Positions 1-11,200 of a stretch of 64,000 nucleotides of DNA are shown piece by piece (within the stretch, counting starts at the first letter, position 1; every line of letters starts with the position of its first letter). Source of the stretch: a virus; IMG/VR virus record IMGVR_UViG_3300027963_000041, positions 79,096-143,095 of that record; one strand, given 5' to 3'. The position numbers and the translations under genes were made by a program. The notes under the pieces are model-generated. The model did no database searches. It was not told where the DNA came from and saw only the letters and a program-made list of their open reading frames with translations.

Positions 1-2
1 TT

Positions 3-254
3 AATACAGATATTGTAGACATTGATCAACTTGAAACAGATTACAGTTTGTCTACAAGCAATGTTCCTAGAACACTTACTGAAGATGGTGATGCCTTACT
101 TGCTGAAGAAGGTGGGTACTTGATGGAAGAGAGCAATATGGTAGAAGAAAAAGACGATACCGCACAGAATGATTATATCACAGGGCGTATCAATGACGAT
201 GACATTTTGGATTTCTCAGAGAAGAATCCATTTGCTGAAACGAGGGTGTGGTAA
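3..254 (+). CDS. gp14: Neck protein gp14, C-terminal part (runs off window start)
   Basis: Frame open from base 3; ends LDFSEKNPF as in T4-like gp14; lies directly before gp15. Confidence 0.8.
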   Translation, partial: NTDIVDIDQLETDYSLSTSNVPRTLTEDGDALLAEEGGYLMEESNMVEEKDDTAQNDYITGRINDDDILDFSEKNPFAETRVW

Positions 255-985
255 TGTTTGGACACGATTTTTATCACGGTACGTTAAGACGCCATGTAAT
301 TATGTTTGGCAATCTCTTCAATGATATGCAGATTAAGCGTTTTGACCAGAACAATAATACTATTCAAACAGTCAATGTGCCGATTGCATATGGACCAAAA
401 CAGCGTTATATTGAACGTGAACTAGGCGACCCAACAGGTCTGCGTAGCGTATCGATTGTGCTACCACGCATGTCGTTTGTAATGTCTTCAATGTCATATG
501 CACCAATTCGCAAGTTGAATAGCACACTCAAATACAAGAGTAATTTTAACGCAACAAACAAAGAGTTTTCTTCAGTCTATGCGCCTGTGCCATACGACAT
601 GAACTTCACGTTATCAATCATGACAAAGAATGCTGAAGATGGCATTCAATTGTGCGAAAAAATTGTTCCGTTCTTTACACCAGACTTTACAGTTACGGTG
701 AAAGCATTGCCAGAACTAGGAGTTAATCTTGACGTTCCAATCGAACTTACGAATGTTTCGTCAGATGATAGTTATGAGGGGCAATATGAAGACCCACGCA
801 TTATGACATGGGATTTAGATTTTATTGTCAAAGGCTATCTGTTTGGACCTGTCACAAAAACAAAATACATTTCAAGTCTTGAAGTTAATACATTCAATGA
901 TGATGGTAATGATAACTTTGACTTAGACGCAACTCAACTTTTCACAGGAAATTCGAACTTTGAAACTTCGAATACTATATCATGA
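254..985 (+). CDS. gp15: Tail sheath stabiliser/terminator gp15
   Basis: FGNLFND, VPIAYGPK, LPRMSF, PVPY motifs; synteny 14-15-16. Confidence 0.92.
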   Translation: MFGHDFYHGTLRRHVIMFGNLFNDMQIKRFDQNNNTIQTVNVPIAYGPKQRYIERELGDPTGLRSVSIVLPRMSFVMSSMSYAPIRKLNSTLKYKSNFNATNKEFSSVYAPVPYDMNFTLSIMTKNAEDGIQLCEKIVPFFTPDFTVTVKALPELGVNLDVPIELTNVSSDDSYEGQYEDPRIMTWDLDFIVKGYLFGPVTKTKYISSLEVNTFNDDGNDNFDLDATQLFTGNSNFETSNTIS

Positions 986-1380
986 AACAAACAATAGATC
1001 AAAAGATAGAAACTGTTTTAGACATTGCGCCTGTCGCATCTAACATCGTACCAAAAAAGAATACGGTTGTGATTGAAAATACTACAGTTGATGATGACTA
1101 TGAGTACGCAAGAAAGAATTTGCGAACTTTAATTGACAATGGTAAAAATGCAATGGAAGATTTAGCATATCTCGCAAGAGAAGGTGAGTCACCACGCACA
1201 TATGAAGTACTAGGACAATTGATTAAAACCATTGCCGAAACAAATAAAGACTTGTTGGACATTGCAAAGAAAAAGAAAGATATTCAACAAGAAAAAGGTA
1301 GCGAACAACCAACGCATGTTACAAATGCACTATTTGTTGGAAGTACCGCAGAATTACAAAAATTAATAAAGGGAACTTAA
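982..1380 (+). CDS. gp16: Terminase small subunit gp16
   Basis: DDYEYARKNL, PRTYEV, NALFVGSTAELQK motifs. Confidence 0.9.
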   Translation: MKQTIDQKIETVLDIAPVASNIVPKKNTVVIENTTVDDDYEYARKNLRTLIDNGKNAMEDLAYLAREGESPRTYEVLGQLIKTIAETNKDLLDIAKKKKDIQQEKGSEQPTHVTNALFVGSTAELQKLIKGT

Positions 1381-1381
1381 C

Positions 1382-1810
1382 ATGTATCAGTACAGAGCAA
1401 AAATTTTAAAAGTACTTGACGGCGACACAGTAGAAATTGATTTAGATTTAGGATTTAAAATTGTTCTATCGAATCAAAAAGTGCGCTTGGCTGGCATCGA
1501 TACGCCAGAATCTAGAACTGCAAATACTGAAGAGAAACCAAGAGGGGTATTGTCAAAGAAAAAATTGCAAGAAAAACTACCAGTTGGTTCATGGGCTATA
1601 ATTGAAACAATGCGCCCTGATAGCAATGACGATAAATTTGGTCGTATTCTAGGCGTATTCATTACTGAAGACGGCACAAGAGTTAATCAATGGATGATTG
1701 ACAATAATTATGCAGTTTTGTACATGGGCGAGAATAAAGAATTAGTGCAAGAAGCACATCAACAAAACAAAAAGATTCTCATTGAAAGAGGCGAACTGCC
1801 AAACAAATAA
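1382..1810 (+). CDS. SNase/thermonuclease-family nuclease
   Basis: KVLDGDT, VRLAGIDTPE, DKFGRILG motifs of the staphylococcal nuclease fold. Confidence 0.85.
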   Translation: MYQYRAKILKVLDGDTVEIDLDLGFKIVLSNQKVRLAGIDTPESRTANTEEKPRGVLSKKKLQEKLPVGSWAIIETMRPDSNDDKFGRILGVFITEDGTRVNQWMIDNNYAVLYMGENKELVQEAHQQNKKILIERGELPNK

Positions 1811-1813
1811 TTT

Positions 1814-3436
1814 ATGGCAACTAAAACATATCTTGGCAACGCGAATTTAAAAGCGATTGGTGTAGACCTTGAATTTACTGAAGATCAAATTCAAGAATAC
1901 CTCAAGTGCGCCAAAGACCCAATTTACTTCATTGAATCTTACTGTAAAATTGTAACGCTGGACCACGGGCTTCAGCCTTTCAAACTTTACGATTGTCAAA
2001 AGAATAAAGTCAATATCATTCACAACAATCGCAAAATAATTTTGATGGAAGGGCGTCAGCAAGGTAAGACTACTACATCTGCGGCATACATTCTTTGGTA
2101 TACTCTTTTTCAAGAAAGCAAAACAGTTGCAATTCTTGCAAACAAAGCATCAGCGGCGCGAGAGGTTTTATATCGTTATCAGTTGATGTATGAGAATCTT
2201 CCAATCTGGTTGCAACAAGGTGTGTCAACATGGAACAAAGGTGACATTGCACTAGAGAATGGCTCTATTGTCTTCACAGCCGCAACAAGCCGTCAAGGTA
2301 TTCGTGGTAAATCCGTAAACATGTTGTACGTTGACGAAACTGCAATCATTCCAAACAATCTTGCTGAAGAATTCTTTACCGCAGTTTATCCTACAATTTC
2401 TGCTGGTGAAACTACAAAGATTCTTCTTTCATCTACGCCACTTGGTTACAATCACTTTTGGAAATTCTGGAACGATGCAAAGAATGATCGTAATGGTTTT
2501 GTGCCGTTGTTTATTCCGTATTGGGAGATTCCTGGTCGAGATGAGAAATGGGCAGAGACCCAAAGAAAACTTCTTGGTGAATTAAAATATAATCAAGAGG
2601 TTCTCTGTAATTTTCTTGGTTCAAGTCTCACACTCATTGCCGCAGATACAATCGCGCAGTTGTCAGCAGATCAACCAATTCACAGCAAAGACGGATTGGA
2701 TGTATACGAAAGAGCAGAAAAGAATAAAACTTATGTCATTGTTGCTGATACAGCAAAAGGTGTTGAGGGTGATTATTCAGCATTTCAAATCATTGATGTT
2801 ACTGAGATGCCATACAAACAAGTTGGTAAGTATAGAGACAACAAAATTAGTCCATTGCTTTATCCATCCGTTATTTACAAACTAGCAAAAGAATTCAATG
2901 ATGCATATGTTCTGGTAGAAATAAATGTTTCTGAGCAAGTTGCAGACATTCTCTACAATGAGTACGAATATGAAAACATCATTTTTGTAAATAGAAATAC
3001 AAACGGGCAAGTTGTTTCAGGCGGCTTCGGTGGTGGTAAAACACAACTTGGCGTAATCACGGATAAGAAGGTCAAAAGAATTGGGTGCTCTAACTTTAAG
3101 TCAATGGCTGAAGAGAAGAAACTGCTTATTCGTGATGCAGATACTATTTCAGAAATTTCAACATTCATTCAAAAAAGAAACAGTTATCAAGCCGATGAAG
3201 GCTATCATGATGATCTTGTCATGCCTTTTGTTTTATTTTCATGGCTCACGACTAACCCATATTTCAAAGACCTAACAAACATAAATATACGAAAAGAATT
3301 ATATGAAAAGCGTATTCACGACATTGAACAAGAATTGACTCCATTTGGAATTATCAATGACGGACAAGATGAAGGCGCTTTTGTAGATTCAACAGGTCAA
3401 ATGTGGCAAAGTGAAAATTCATTTTTTTATAAATAA
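1814..3436 (+). CDS. gp17: Terminase large subunit gp17
   Basis: RQQGKTT Walker A, LYVDE Walker B, nuclease-domain DTAKG and HDDLVM. Confidence 0.96.
   Translation: MATKTYLGNANLKAIGVDLEFTEDQIQEYLKCAKDPIYFIESYCKIVTLDHGLQPFKLYDCQKNKVNIIHNNRKIILMEGRQQGKTTTSAAYILWYTLFQESKTVAILANKASAAREVLYRYQLMYENLPIWLQQGVSTWNKGDIALENGSIVFTAATSRQGIRGKSVNMLYVDETAIIPNNLAEEFFTAVYPTISAGETTKILLSSTPLGYNHFWKFWNDAKNDRNGFVPLFIPYWEIPGRDEKWAETQRKLLGELKYNQEVLCNFLGSSLTLIAADTIAQLSADQPIHSKDGLDVYERAEKNKTYVIVADTAKGVEGDYSAFQIIDVTEMPYKQVGKYRDNKISPLLYPSVIYKLAKEFNDAYVLVEINVSEQVADILYNEYEYENIIFVNRNTNGQVVSGGFGGGKTQLGVITDKKVKRIGCSNFKSMAEEKKLLIRDADTISEISTFIQKRNSYQADEGYHDDLVMPFVLFSWLTTNPYFKDLTNINIRKELYEKRIHDIEQELTPFGIINDGQDEGAFVDSTGQMWQSENSFFYK
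3428..3435 (+). promoter_or_regulatory. T4-type late promoter for gp18
   Basis: TATAAATA ~75 nt before the gp18 start. Confidence 0.8.
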
Positions 3437-3508
3437 AACAAGAATAATGAATGAATACCCTTTAAGTGAACGAAAAGATATAACATCTTACAATCAAGGA
3501 GAAAAAGA

Positions 3509-5407
3509 ATGGCAATCAATTTAATCTCACCAGGAATTAAGATTACCGAACAAGATCAGGTAGCGACAATTCCCGCTTCCGGCGCATCTGTAGGTGCAGT
3601 AGTCGGTATGCACAGATGGGGTCCAGTTGAGAAAGCAACACTGGTAACAAGCGAAACAGAATTGGTCGCCCGATTCGGTGCGCCAAATGCAACCAACGCT
3701 GTTGACTTCCTAACCGGAGCAAACTATCTATCATACGCAGGCGCATTGTACGTTTCCCGTGCAAATACTACAGGTTTGCTTAACGCAACCGCAGAATCAA
3801 GCACAGGTTCAGGTAATACAGGTACAGGTCTTCTAATTAAGAACGAAGATGTATATCTTAACACATATACAGATGGTTCTGGTAACGTAGGACCATGGGT
3901 TGCTCAGTACGCTGGCGCACTTGGTAACTCTCTAAAAGTTTCTACATGCCCTTCAGCAACGGCATGGCAGTCAACTTTGACTGGTACTTTCACCGTAGCC
4001 GCAGGCGCAACAACCGTTGTCGGTACTGGCTCAACCGCGAATACTCAAATTACTGTAGGTGACATTCTAGTAATTGGCGGTCGTTCAATTCAAGTTGCGG
4101 CAGTTACAAACGCAACTCACCTAACACTTGAGTCAGCACACTTGACTGGCGCAACAGCCGCAACAGTAGTTCGCCGTTGGGAATATTTCGATTCATTCGA
4201 TCTAGCACCAGGCACATCAACATATGCGGCCGCAAAAGGTGGCGCAAACGATGAAATGCACATTGCAATTGTTGACGAAGACGGATTGATCACTGGCACA
4301 TCAGGCACATTGCTTGAAAAATTTGCCGCTGTCTCAAAAGGTAGCGATGCAAAAGGCGAACAAGGTGGTAACAACTTCTACAGAGATGTAGTGAACAATG
4401 GTTCTAAATATGTTTATTGGATGGACAAAGATGCCGCTGGTGTAAACTGGGACACAACTGTAGTAAACAAGACTTTCACAGCAGTTACAGCACCAAAGAA
4501 CTACTCACTCGCTGGTGGCGCTGATGGTTCAACACCAACCGATGCACAAAAGATTACAGCATTTGACGTATTCAAGAACAAAGCAACAGTCAAGATTGAC
4601 TTGATTGCAATGGGTGCCGCATCTGCTACAGTAATTAACACAGTTATTGCAGACATTGCTGAAAAACGTAAAGATTGCGTAGTTGTATTCTCTCCAGAAC
4701 AAGCAGACGTTGTTAACAACGTAGGCAATGAAACAACAGACGTAAATGCATTTGCCGATACAATAACACGTTCAACATATGCGTTCATGGATGGTAACTT
4801 CAAGTACCAGTACGACAAGTACAACGATACATATCGTTGGGTACCTGCAAACGGCGACACCGCTGGTTGCATGGCTAGAACAGACAGCGAAAGCGCACCA
4901 TGGTTCTCACCAGCAGGTTTCGCAAGAGGTAGAATCCTCAACGTAACAAAACTTGCTTGGAATCCAAACGAAGCAGAGCGCGATCTTCTTTACAAGAATG
5001 CAGTTAACCCAATCTTCTCACAGCCAGGTCGCGGTGTAGTATTGTTTGGTGACAAGACATTCACAACAAAGACTGGTTCATTCAGCCGTATCAATGTTCG
5101 TAGATTGTTTATCACAATCCAGCGTTCAATTGGAACATTTGCTGAAGACGTATTGTTCGAACAGAACGATGCCGCAACCCGTTCATTGTTCCTAAATACT
5201 GTAGAGCCATACCTAAGAAGTGTGCAAGCACAGCGCGGTATGACCGACTTCCGTGTAATCTGCGATGACACAAACAATCCAGATGACGTTGTAAATGCAA
5301 ATGAATTTGTGGCAGACATTTATGTTCGCCCAATCGCATCTATCAACTTCATTCAGTTGAACTTTGTTTCTGTGCGTGGAGCGGCGGCGTTCGCAGAATT
5401 GGGTTAA
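3509..5407 (+). CDS. gp18: Tail sheath protein gp18
   Basis: SPGI start, WGP, PWFSPAG, GDKT, RINVRRLF motifs. Confidence 0.96.
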   Translation: MAINLISPGIKITEQDQVATIPASGASVGAVVGMHRWGPVEKATLVTSETELVARFGAPNATNAVDFLTGANYLSYAGALYVSRANTTGLLNATAESSTGSGNTGTGLLIKNEDVYLNTYTDGSGNVGPWVAQYAGALGNSLKVSTCPSATAWQSTLTGTFTVAAGATTVVGTGSTANTQITVGDILVIGGRSIQVAAVTNATHLTLESAHLTGATAATVVRRWEYFDSFDLAPGTSTYAAAKGGANDEMHIAIVDEDGLITGTSGTLLEKFAAVSKGSDAKGEQGGNNFYRDVVNNGSKYVYWMDKDAAGVNWDTTVVNKTFTAVTAPKNYSLAGGADGSTPTDAQKITAFDVFKNKATVKIDLIAMGAASATVINTVIADIAEKRKDCVVVFSPEQADVVNNVGNETTDVNAFADTITRSTYAFMDGNFKYQYDKYNDTYRWVPANGDTAGCMARTDSESAPWFSPAGFARGRILNVTKLAWNPNEAERDLLYKNAVNPIFSQPGRGVVLFGDKTFTTKTGSFSRINVRRLFITIQRSIGTFAEDVLFEQNDAATRSLFLNTVEPYLRSVQAQRGMTDFRVICDDTNNPDDVVNANEFVADIYVRPIASINFIQLNFVSVRGAAAFAELG

Positions 5408-5444
5408 ACTCGGATAAATAGATAAAAGAATCTAAGGAGATAAA

Positions 5445-5978
5445 ATGGCCGTTAATACACTATCACAAATTAAGACTGCGATTGGAGTTGGTGCGCGCCC
5501 TAATCTCTTCCGAGTTTCATTCTCAGGTGGGTTTGCTCAAGGTTTTGATTCAGCAACATATTCAATTCTTTGCAAAGCAGCCCAAATCCCTGGTTCGACT
5601 CACGGAACGATTGAGGTGCCAACCGGCGGTGGACGTAGATATAAAATTGCAGGCGACAGAACTTTTGCAGAGTGGACCACAACAGTTATCAATGATTCAA
5701 ATATGAATGCACGAAGACTCATTGAAGCATATCAAACATCTTTCGTGTACGCAGATTTTGAAACATTCACATCAGTTAGTGCTGGCGGTAGAAGCACAGA
5801 CAGTCAATTAACTACTGTTACAGTACAACATTTAGACCAGTCTGGCTCACCAGTTAGAACTTACACATTGAGCAACTGTTTCGTAAGCGATATTTCTGCA
5901 ATCGACCTATCATATGACAGTACAGATGCAATCTCTGAGTTTACTGTCACATGGGTTTACGATTACTTTACCGTTTAA
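5445..5978 (+). CDS. gp19: Tail tube protein gp19, paralogue 1
   Basis: GARPNLF, AGDRTFAEW, IDLSYDSTDAISEFTVT. Confidence 0.85.
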   Translation: MAVNTLSQIKTAIGVGARPNLFRVSFSGGFAQGFDSATYSILCKAAQIPGSTHGTIEVPTGGGRRYKIAGDRTFAEWTTTVINDSNMNARRLIEAYQTSFVYADFETFTSVSAGGRSTDSQLTTVTVQHLDQSGSPVRTYTLSNCFVSDISAIDLSYDSTDAISEFTVTWVYDYFTV

Positions 5979-6004
5979 CGCATAACGAAATAGGAGATTA
6001 ATAA

Positions 6005-6523
6005 ATGTCAGTTTTTTCAATTACCGCTTTCAGAAGTGCGTTAGCAGGTGGCGCAAGACCTAACCTGTTCAAGTTTACATTTGGTGCATTGCCATCGGGT
6101 GTAAGTTTGACAGGTGCAGATGTTCTTATAAAAGCAGGTGCAATTCCTGGTTACACCTTGGGTGTTATTGAAGTTCCGTTCAGAAGCCGTAGAATTAAAG
6201 TTCCAGGCGACAGAACATTTGCGGAATGGACAGTAACAGTAATCAATAATGAATCACAGTCAATTCGCAAGGGCTTTGAAGATTGGATGTCCTACATTGC
6301 AGACAACAATTTTGCAAACTCAAACTTGAGAAGAGCAGGTGCTGGTATTGATTACACCACACAGATTACTGTAGATCAGTTAAAAGATGATAACAGCGTA
6401 TCTAAGTCAACCAAATTGTTCCATGCTTTCCCAACTGATGTAAGCACTATCGACTTGTCTTACGACACAACAGACGCGGTGGAAGAGTTTACAGTAACCT
6501 TCCAATACGTCTATTCTGCTTAA
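6005..6523 (+). CDS. gp19: Tail tube protein gp19, paralogue 2
   Basis: GGARPNLF, PGDRTFAEW, AFPTDVSTIDLSYD, EEFTVTFQY. Confidence 0.88.
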   Translation: MSVFSITAFRSALAGGARPNLFKFTFGALPSGVSLTGADVLIKAGAIPGYTLGVIEVPFRSRRIKVPGDRTFAEWTVTVINNESQSIRKGFEDWMSYIADNNFANSNLRRAGAGIDYTTQITVDQLKDDNSVSKSTKLFHAFPTDVSTIDLSYDTTDAVEEFTVTFQYVYSA

Positions 6524-6544
6524 TTGACGAAACCTTTTCGCGAC

Positions 6545-6552
6545 TATAAATA
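6545..6552 (+). promoter_or_regulatory. Late promoter upstream of portal gene
   Basis: TATAAATA within an imperfect inverted repeat. Confidence 0.7.
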
Positions 6553-6571
6553 GTTGCGTAATAGTTTTAAT

Positions 6572-6596
6572 GGGGGCTATTACGCCCCCTTTTCTT
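6572..6596 (+). terminator. Rho-independent terminator-like hairpin before gp20
   Basis: GGGGGC-tattac-GCCCCC followed by TTTTCTT. Confidence 0.65.
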
Positions 6597-6614
6597 ATGG
6601 AAAGAGAATAAAAT

Positions 6615-8279
6615 ATGGCAATCAAACTGTTCGGTTTTAAAATCGGTAAGGATGAACCTGCAAGTGAACAGGTAAGATCATTCGTACCACCAAATGATGA
6701 TGATAATGCAGTCAACATTGTCGGTGGCGGAGTATATGGAACTTATGTTGATCTTGAAGGTACAGTCAAGAACGACTCAGAACTAATCCGCAAGTATCGT
6801 GAAATGTCGCTTCAAGCAGAGTGCGACACAGCGATTGATGATATTGTAAACGAAGCAATCGTCTATCAACCTGATGAGTATCCAGTACAAATTGTATTGG
6901 ACAAATTAGAGCAACCAGAATCAATCAAAAAGAAAATTCGCGATGAGTTTAAGCACATTCTTAAACTTCTTGATTTTGGTAATCAAGGATATGATATATT
7001 TCGTAGATGGTACGTTGATGGACGTTTATACTATCACCTAATCATTGATGAAAAACAACCTCGCGCTGGATTGAAAGAGGTTCGTTATATTGACCCTCGC
7101 AAAATTCGCAAAGTACGCGAGACACAAAAATCAAGAGCAGTAGCAGGTCAAACAGAATTATATGTTAGACCTATTGAATACTTTGTTTTTTCAGAAAAAG
7201 GATTTGCTAAAGATGCAAATCAAGGTTTAAAAATTGCACCAGACTCTATCTGCTATGTTCATTCGGGCATTTCAGATAAAGATGGTAAAGTAATTATTTC
7301 ACATTTAAACAAAGCAATTCGCCCACTTAATCAGTTGCGTATGCTTGAAGATGCAACAGTTATCTATCGTATCTCTCGCGCACCCGAACGTAGAATTTTC
7401 TACATTGACGTTGGTAATTTGCCAAAGATTAAAGCGGAACAATATCTCCGTGATATTATGCAAAAGTACAAGAACAAACTTGTATACGATGCAACCACAG
7501 GAGAGATTCGTGATGACAGACGCTTTCAAACAATGCTTGAAGACTTTTGGTTGCCTCGCCGCGAAGGTGGCAGAGGTACAGAAATTACTACACTTCAAGG
7601 CGGTCAGAATTTGGGTGAGATTGAAGACGTTTTATATTTTCAAAAGAAACTCTACAAATCACTTGGCGTTCCAATTTCACGCTTAGAATCTGATAACGGA
7701 TTCTCTCTCGGTCGCGCATCCGAGATTACACGCGATGAATTAAAATTCTCAAAATTTATTGCAAGACTACGCAATAGATTTACACATCTATTTGACCGTA
7801 TGCTTGAAACTCAATTAGTTCTCAAGGGCATTTGTACTAAGGCAGAATGGAATCAAATTAAAGAAGAAATTTATTTCGACTTTATTACCGATGCACATTT
7901 TGCTGAACTAAAAGATGCTGAAATTCTCAAAGAACGTCTAACACTTCTTTCAGATATTGATCAACACGTTGGTAAATACTTTTCCGTTGCTTATGTTCGT
8001 ACTAAAATTCTACAACAGACTGAAGACGATATTAAGCAAATGGATAAAGAAATGGCAGAAGAAGAAGCAACAATGCCAGATGAAGAACCAGCACCCCCTC
8101 CAATGCCTGTAATGCCTCCTGCACCACCACCGCAACAAGTTGTAGTGAAGGTAAAGAAAGAGGAGGCAGAGCCTCATATTATTGATGATACGGATCAAAA
8201 AGAATTAGCCAAATCAATGACTAAGTTTTTTGATACACTAGTTGAACAAGAGGCAAGAGGTGACAAAGAAAACGAATGA
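6615..8279 (+). CDS. gp20: Portal protein gp20 with proline-rich C-terminal extension
   Basis: [42 protein letters not shown] motifs. Confidence 0.96.
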   Translation: MAIKLFGFKIGKDEPASEQVRSFVPPNDDDNAVNIVGGGVYGTYVDLEGTVKNDSELIRKYREMSLQAECDTAIDDIVNEAIVYQPDEYPVQIVLDKLEQPESIKKKIRDEFKHILKLLDFGNQGYDIFRRWYVDGRLYYHLIIDEKQPRAGLKEVRYIDPRKIRKVRETQKSRAVAGQTELYVRPIEYFVFSEKGFAKDANQGLKIAPDSICYVHSGISDKDGKVIISHLNKAIRPLNQLRMLEDATVIYRISRAPERRIFYIDVGNLPKIKAEQYLRDIMQKYKNKLVYDATTGEIRDDRRFQTMLEDFWLPRREGGRGTEITTLQGGQNLGEIEDVLYFQKKLYKSLGVPISRLESDNGFSLGRASEITRDELKFSKFIARLRNRFTHLFDRMLETQLVLKGICTKAEWNQIKEEIYFDFITDAHFAELKDAEILKERLTLLSDIDQHVGKYFSVAYVRTKILQQTEDDIKQMDKEMAEEEATMPDEEPAPPPMPVMPPAPPPQQVVVKVKKEEAEPHIIDDTDQKELAKSMTKFFDTLVEQEARGDKENE

Positions 8280-11200
8280 TAGCATAATCAACGATGCACT
8301 TTCAGTCGCTACCTCAATAGCGTACACTAAGAAAGAGATTGCAAAACTAAAAGAAGAGTTGCAATCGCAAGTCGTTGAACAAGGTCCTACTGGTCCAGTA
8401 GGTCCGCGCGGTGCTATTGGCGCAAAAGGTGAACAAGGCGCACAAGGTCTTAAAGGCGACAAAGGCGATGTGGGTCCTCGCGGTCCAGTTGGTGATACAG
8501 GACCGCAAGGTCCAAAAGGCGATGTAGGCGAAGTTGGTCCGCAAGGTCCGCAAGGTCCGCAAGGCGAACAAGGTTCAATTGGACCACAAGGCGCACAGGG
8601 CGAACGTGGTTTGCAAGGAGAGCAAGGACCAAAAGGCGACAAAGGCGATAAGGGAGACAAAGGTGAATCTGGTAAAAACGGAGTGGACGGCAGAGATGGA
8701 TCGCAGGGCGCAATGGGTCCCGCTGGCACAACAGGCCCTCAGGGAATTCAAGGTGAACGAGGTCCTAAAGGTGAGCCAGGAAGAGTTGGATCCCAAGGCA
8801 TTCAAGGTGAACGAGGTCCTCAAGGCGAATCCGGACCACAGGGTGTTCAAGGACTGCCTGGTAAGGATGGTAGAGACGGAGACACAAAGCCAATTGAACA
8901 ACAGTTCACAAAGTTCACAAAAAATCTCAACGACAACTTTGCAGAATACAGAACAAAGTTAAACGCACTCATTAGTAAATCACTAGCCAACGATGCATGG
9001 AAAGCAACTGGTTCTGGTGAAGTAAATCTACGCTATCTTGATGACGTAGATCGTAATAGTATTCAAGATGGTTATGTATTATCATACAATTCAACCACAA
9101 AAAAATTCACATTCGTAGAGCAAACCGGTGGTGCAGGTGGTAGTGCAAATCTAATTGGTTATGCAGTTAACACTACAACTGATCTAATTTGGACTACCGC
9201 AAACTCAGCATGGGCAACCGCAAATTCTGCGCTCAACCAACAAAGTGGTGATCTTGATCAATTTGCAAGAGATAGAGCAAATGGTGCATATGGTCAAGCC
9301 AATTCATCATTCAATCAAGCCAATCTTTCTTACACGGTTGCCAACAACTCTTGGGCGGCCGCAAACGCATCTTACATTCAAGCAAACTCCGCATTCAACA
9401 AGGCTAACAATGCACTTGATGTTGGACAAGCCGCTTGGAATTACGCAAACACAATTGTTGTTTCAAGTCTTTCTGGATACGCAGTTAACACAACCACAGA
9501 TTTAATTTGGTCTACTTCAAATTCAGCGTGGCAAAGTGCAAATTCTGCACAATCGTTAGCGCAAGCCGCGTACAATTATGCAAACACAATTGTTTCTGAT
9601 ACTCAGATTGATCCGTTTGCAAGGTCTACTGCCAATGGTGCTTTTGCTAAGGCTAACAATGCTTATGATGTAGCCAATGCCGCATACAATTATGCAAACA
9701 CAATTGTATCAGATACACAAATTGACCCTCTTGCGCGTAGTACAGCAAATGGTGCTTTTGCAAAGGCAAATAACGCTTACGATGTAGGCAACTCTGCGTG
9801 GGCAACTGCTAATGCCGCTTATAATGCCGCAAACAATGTTGTACTGTACAATCAAAATTTAAATACATCAAACTCAGTTTCTTTTGCAGGGCTAACTGTT
9901 ACAGGTAACACTACAGTTCAGGACGTTATACCTTCAGCAAATATTACATACAATCTTGGTTCGTCAACTGCAAGATTTAGAGATTTATATTTAAGCGGAA
10001 ACACAATATATCTTGGTGCAATAACTTTAACTGCCGATAAAATTACAACAACTGCCGCAGTTGCCAATGCATCTTACGCACAAGCAAATACTGCAACTAC
10101 TAATGCCGCTACTGCAAACACTTTAGCAGGTTCAGCATTTGCAAAGGCTAACAATTCTTATGACGTAGCAAATGCGGCTTACAATAAAGCAAATACTGGC
10201 ACTAGTCAATTAGTTAACGGTGCTAGTACAGTTAGCCTTAGTGCAAATGGTAACTTAACAGTACCAGGACCAATTATTGGATTAGGAAATTCTAAACTAG
10301 ACTTTACCACTTACGGTTCTAACACAGCATATCTAACAACTACTGATGATGATGCTACTGCATTGTTTATGGGATTGACAGATTTAAACTTATACGCTCA
10401 TACAACTGTTCAAATTAGGACCAATACCACAGGAGTATCGAACAACTGGACATTTGGTGCAGATGGCACATTAACATTCCCAGATAACACAGTACAAACA
10501 ACAGCATTCACTGGTACTGTAATTGATTCTTTAGCAAGAAGCATTGCAAACTCTGCTTTCGATAAAGCAAATACTTCAGTAACATATAATCAAAGTCTTA
10601 ATACATCAAACTCAGTTTCTTTTGCAGGAGTAACAGTAACAGGAAATACAACAGTTCAACATGTTATTCCTAGCGCAAACATCACATATGATTTAGGAAC
10701 GCCAACTGCTAGATTCAGAGATTTATATTTAAGTGGAAATACTATTAATTTAGGTGGTGCTACAATTAAAACAGATGTTGGTACCGGAGCGATTGCACTA
10801 ATTCCGGTACCAACTGTAGCAAATCCAAACCCAACAGGTATTGTTGTGTCGCCGACCGGAACTATAAGTACGGTATCTACCATCGGTGGCACCTTAACTG
10901 CAAATGCAGTTAGCAATTCGTCTAATAATACAGCAATTACTGTAACTGAATATGGCGGTATTTTATTAGCAGAAGATTCAGGCACTTCAATTTTAGAAAG
11001 AAGAATCTACAAAAATAGGCCGCTATCAGATTTACAAAATACTACAATTTCTACAGCGCAGTCAGCAACATTTAATGACCAAATTGGATCATTAGTTCCT
11101 GTTAGCAAACATTTTGTATGCAACAATGCAACAGAATCATTGTTTGTTTTGCCATCAGCAAATGGTGTAAGCCAAGGATTCAATTTAACATTCGATATAG

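Noticed and set aside
8220-8279. Frameshift fusing portal to the collagen fibre at the T6 run
   Set aside because: TAG at 8239-8241 in the fibre frame lies downstream of the run and blocks the fusion
8238-8729. Minus-strand Pro-rich ORF and other ORFs over the collagen region
   Set aside because: Mirror of the GXY codon periodicity; no independent support
8383-8886. Collagen as substrate of the P4H-like oxygenase
   Set aside because: Pro is almost always in the X position; only two Y-position prolines
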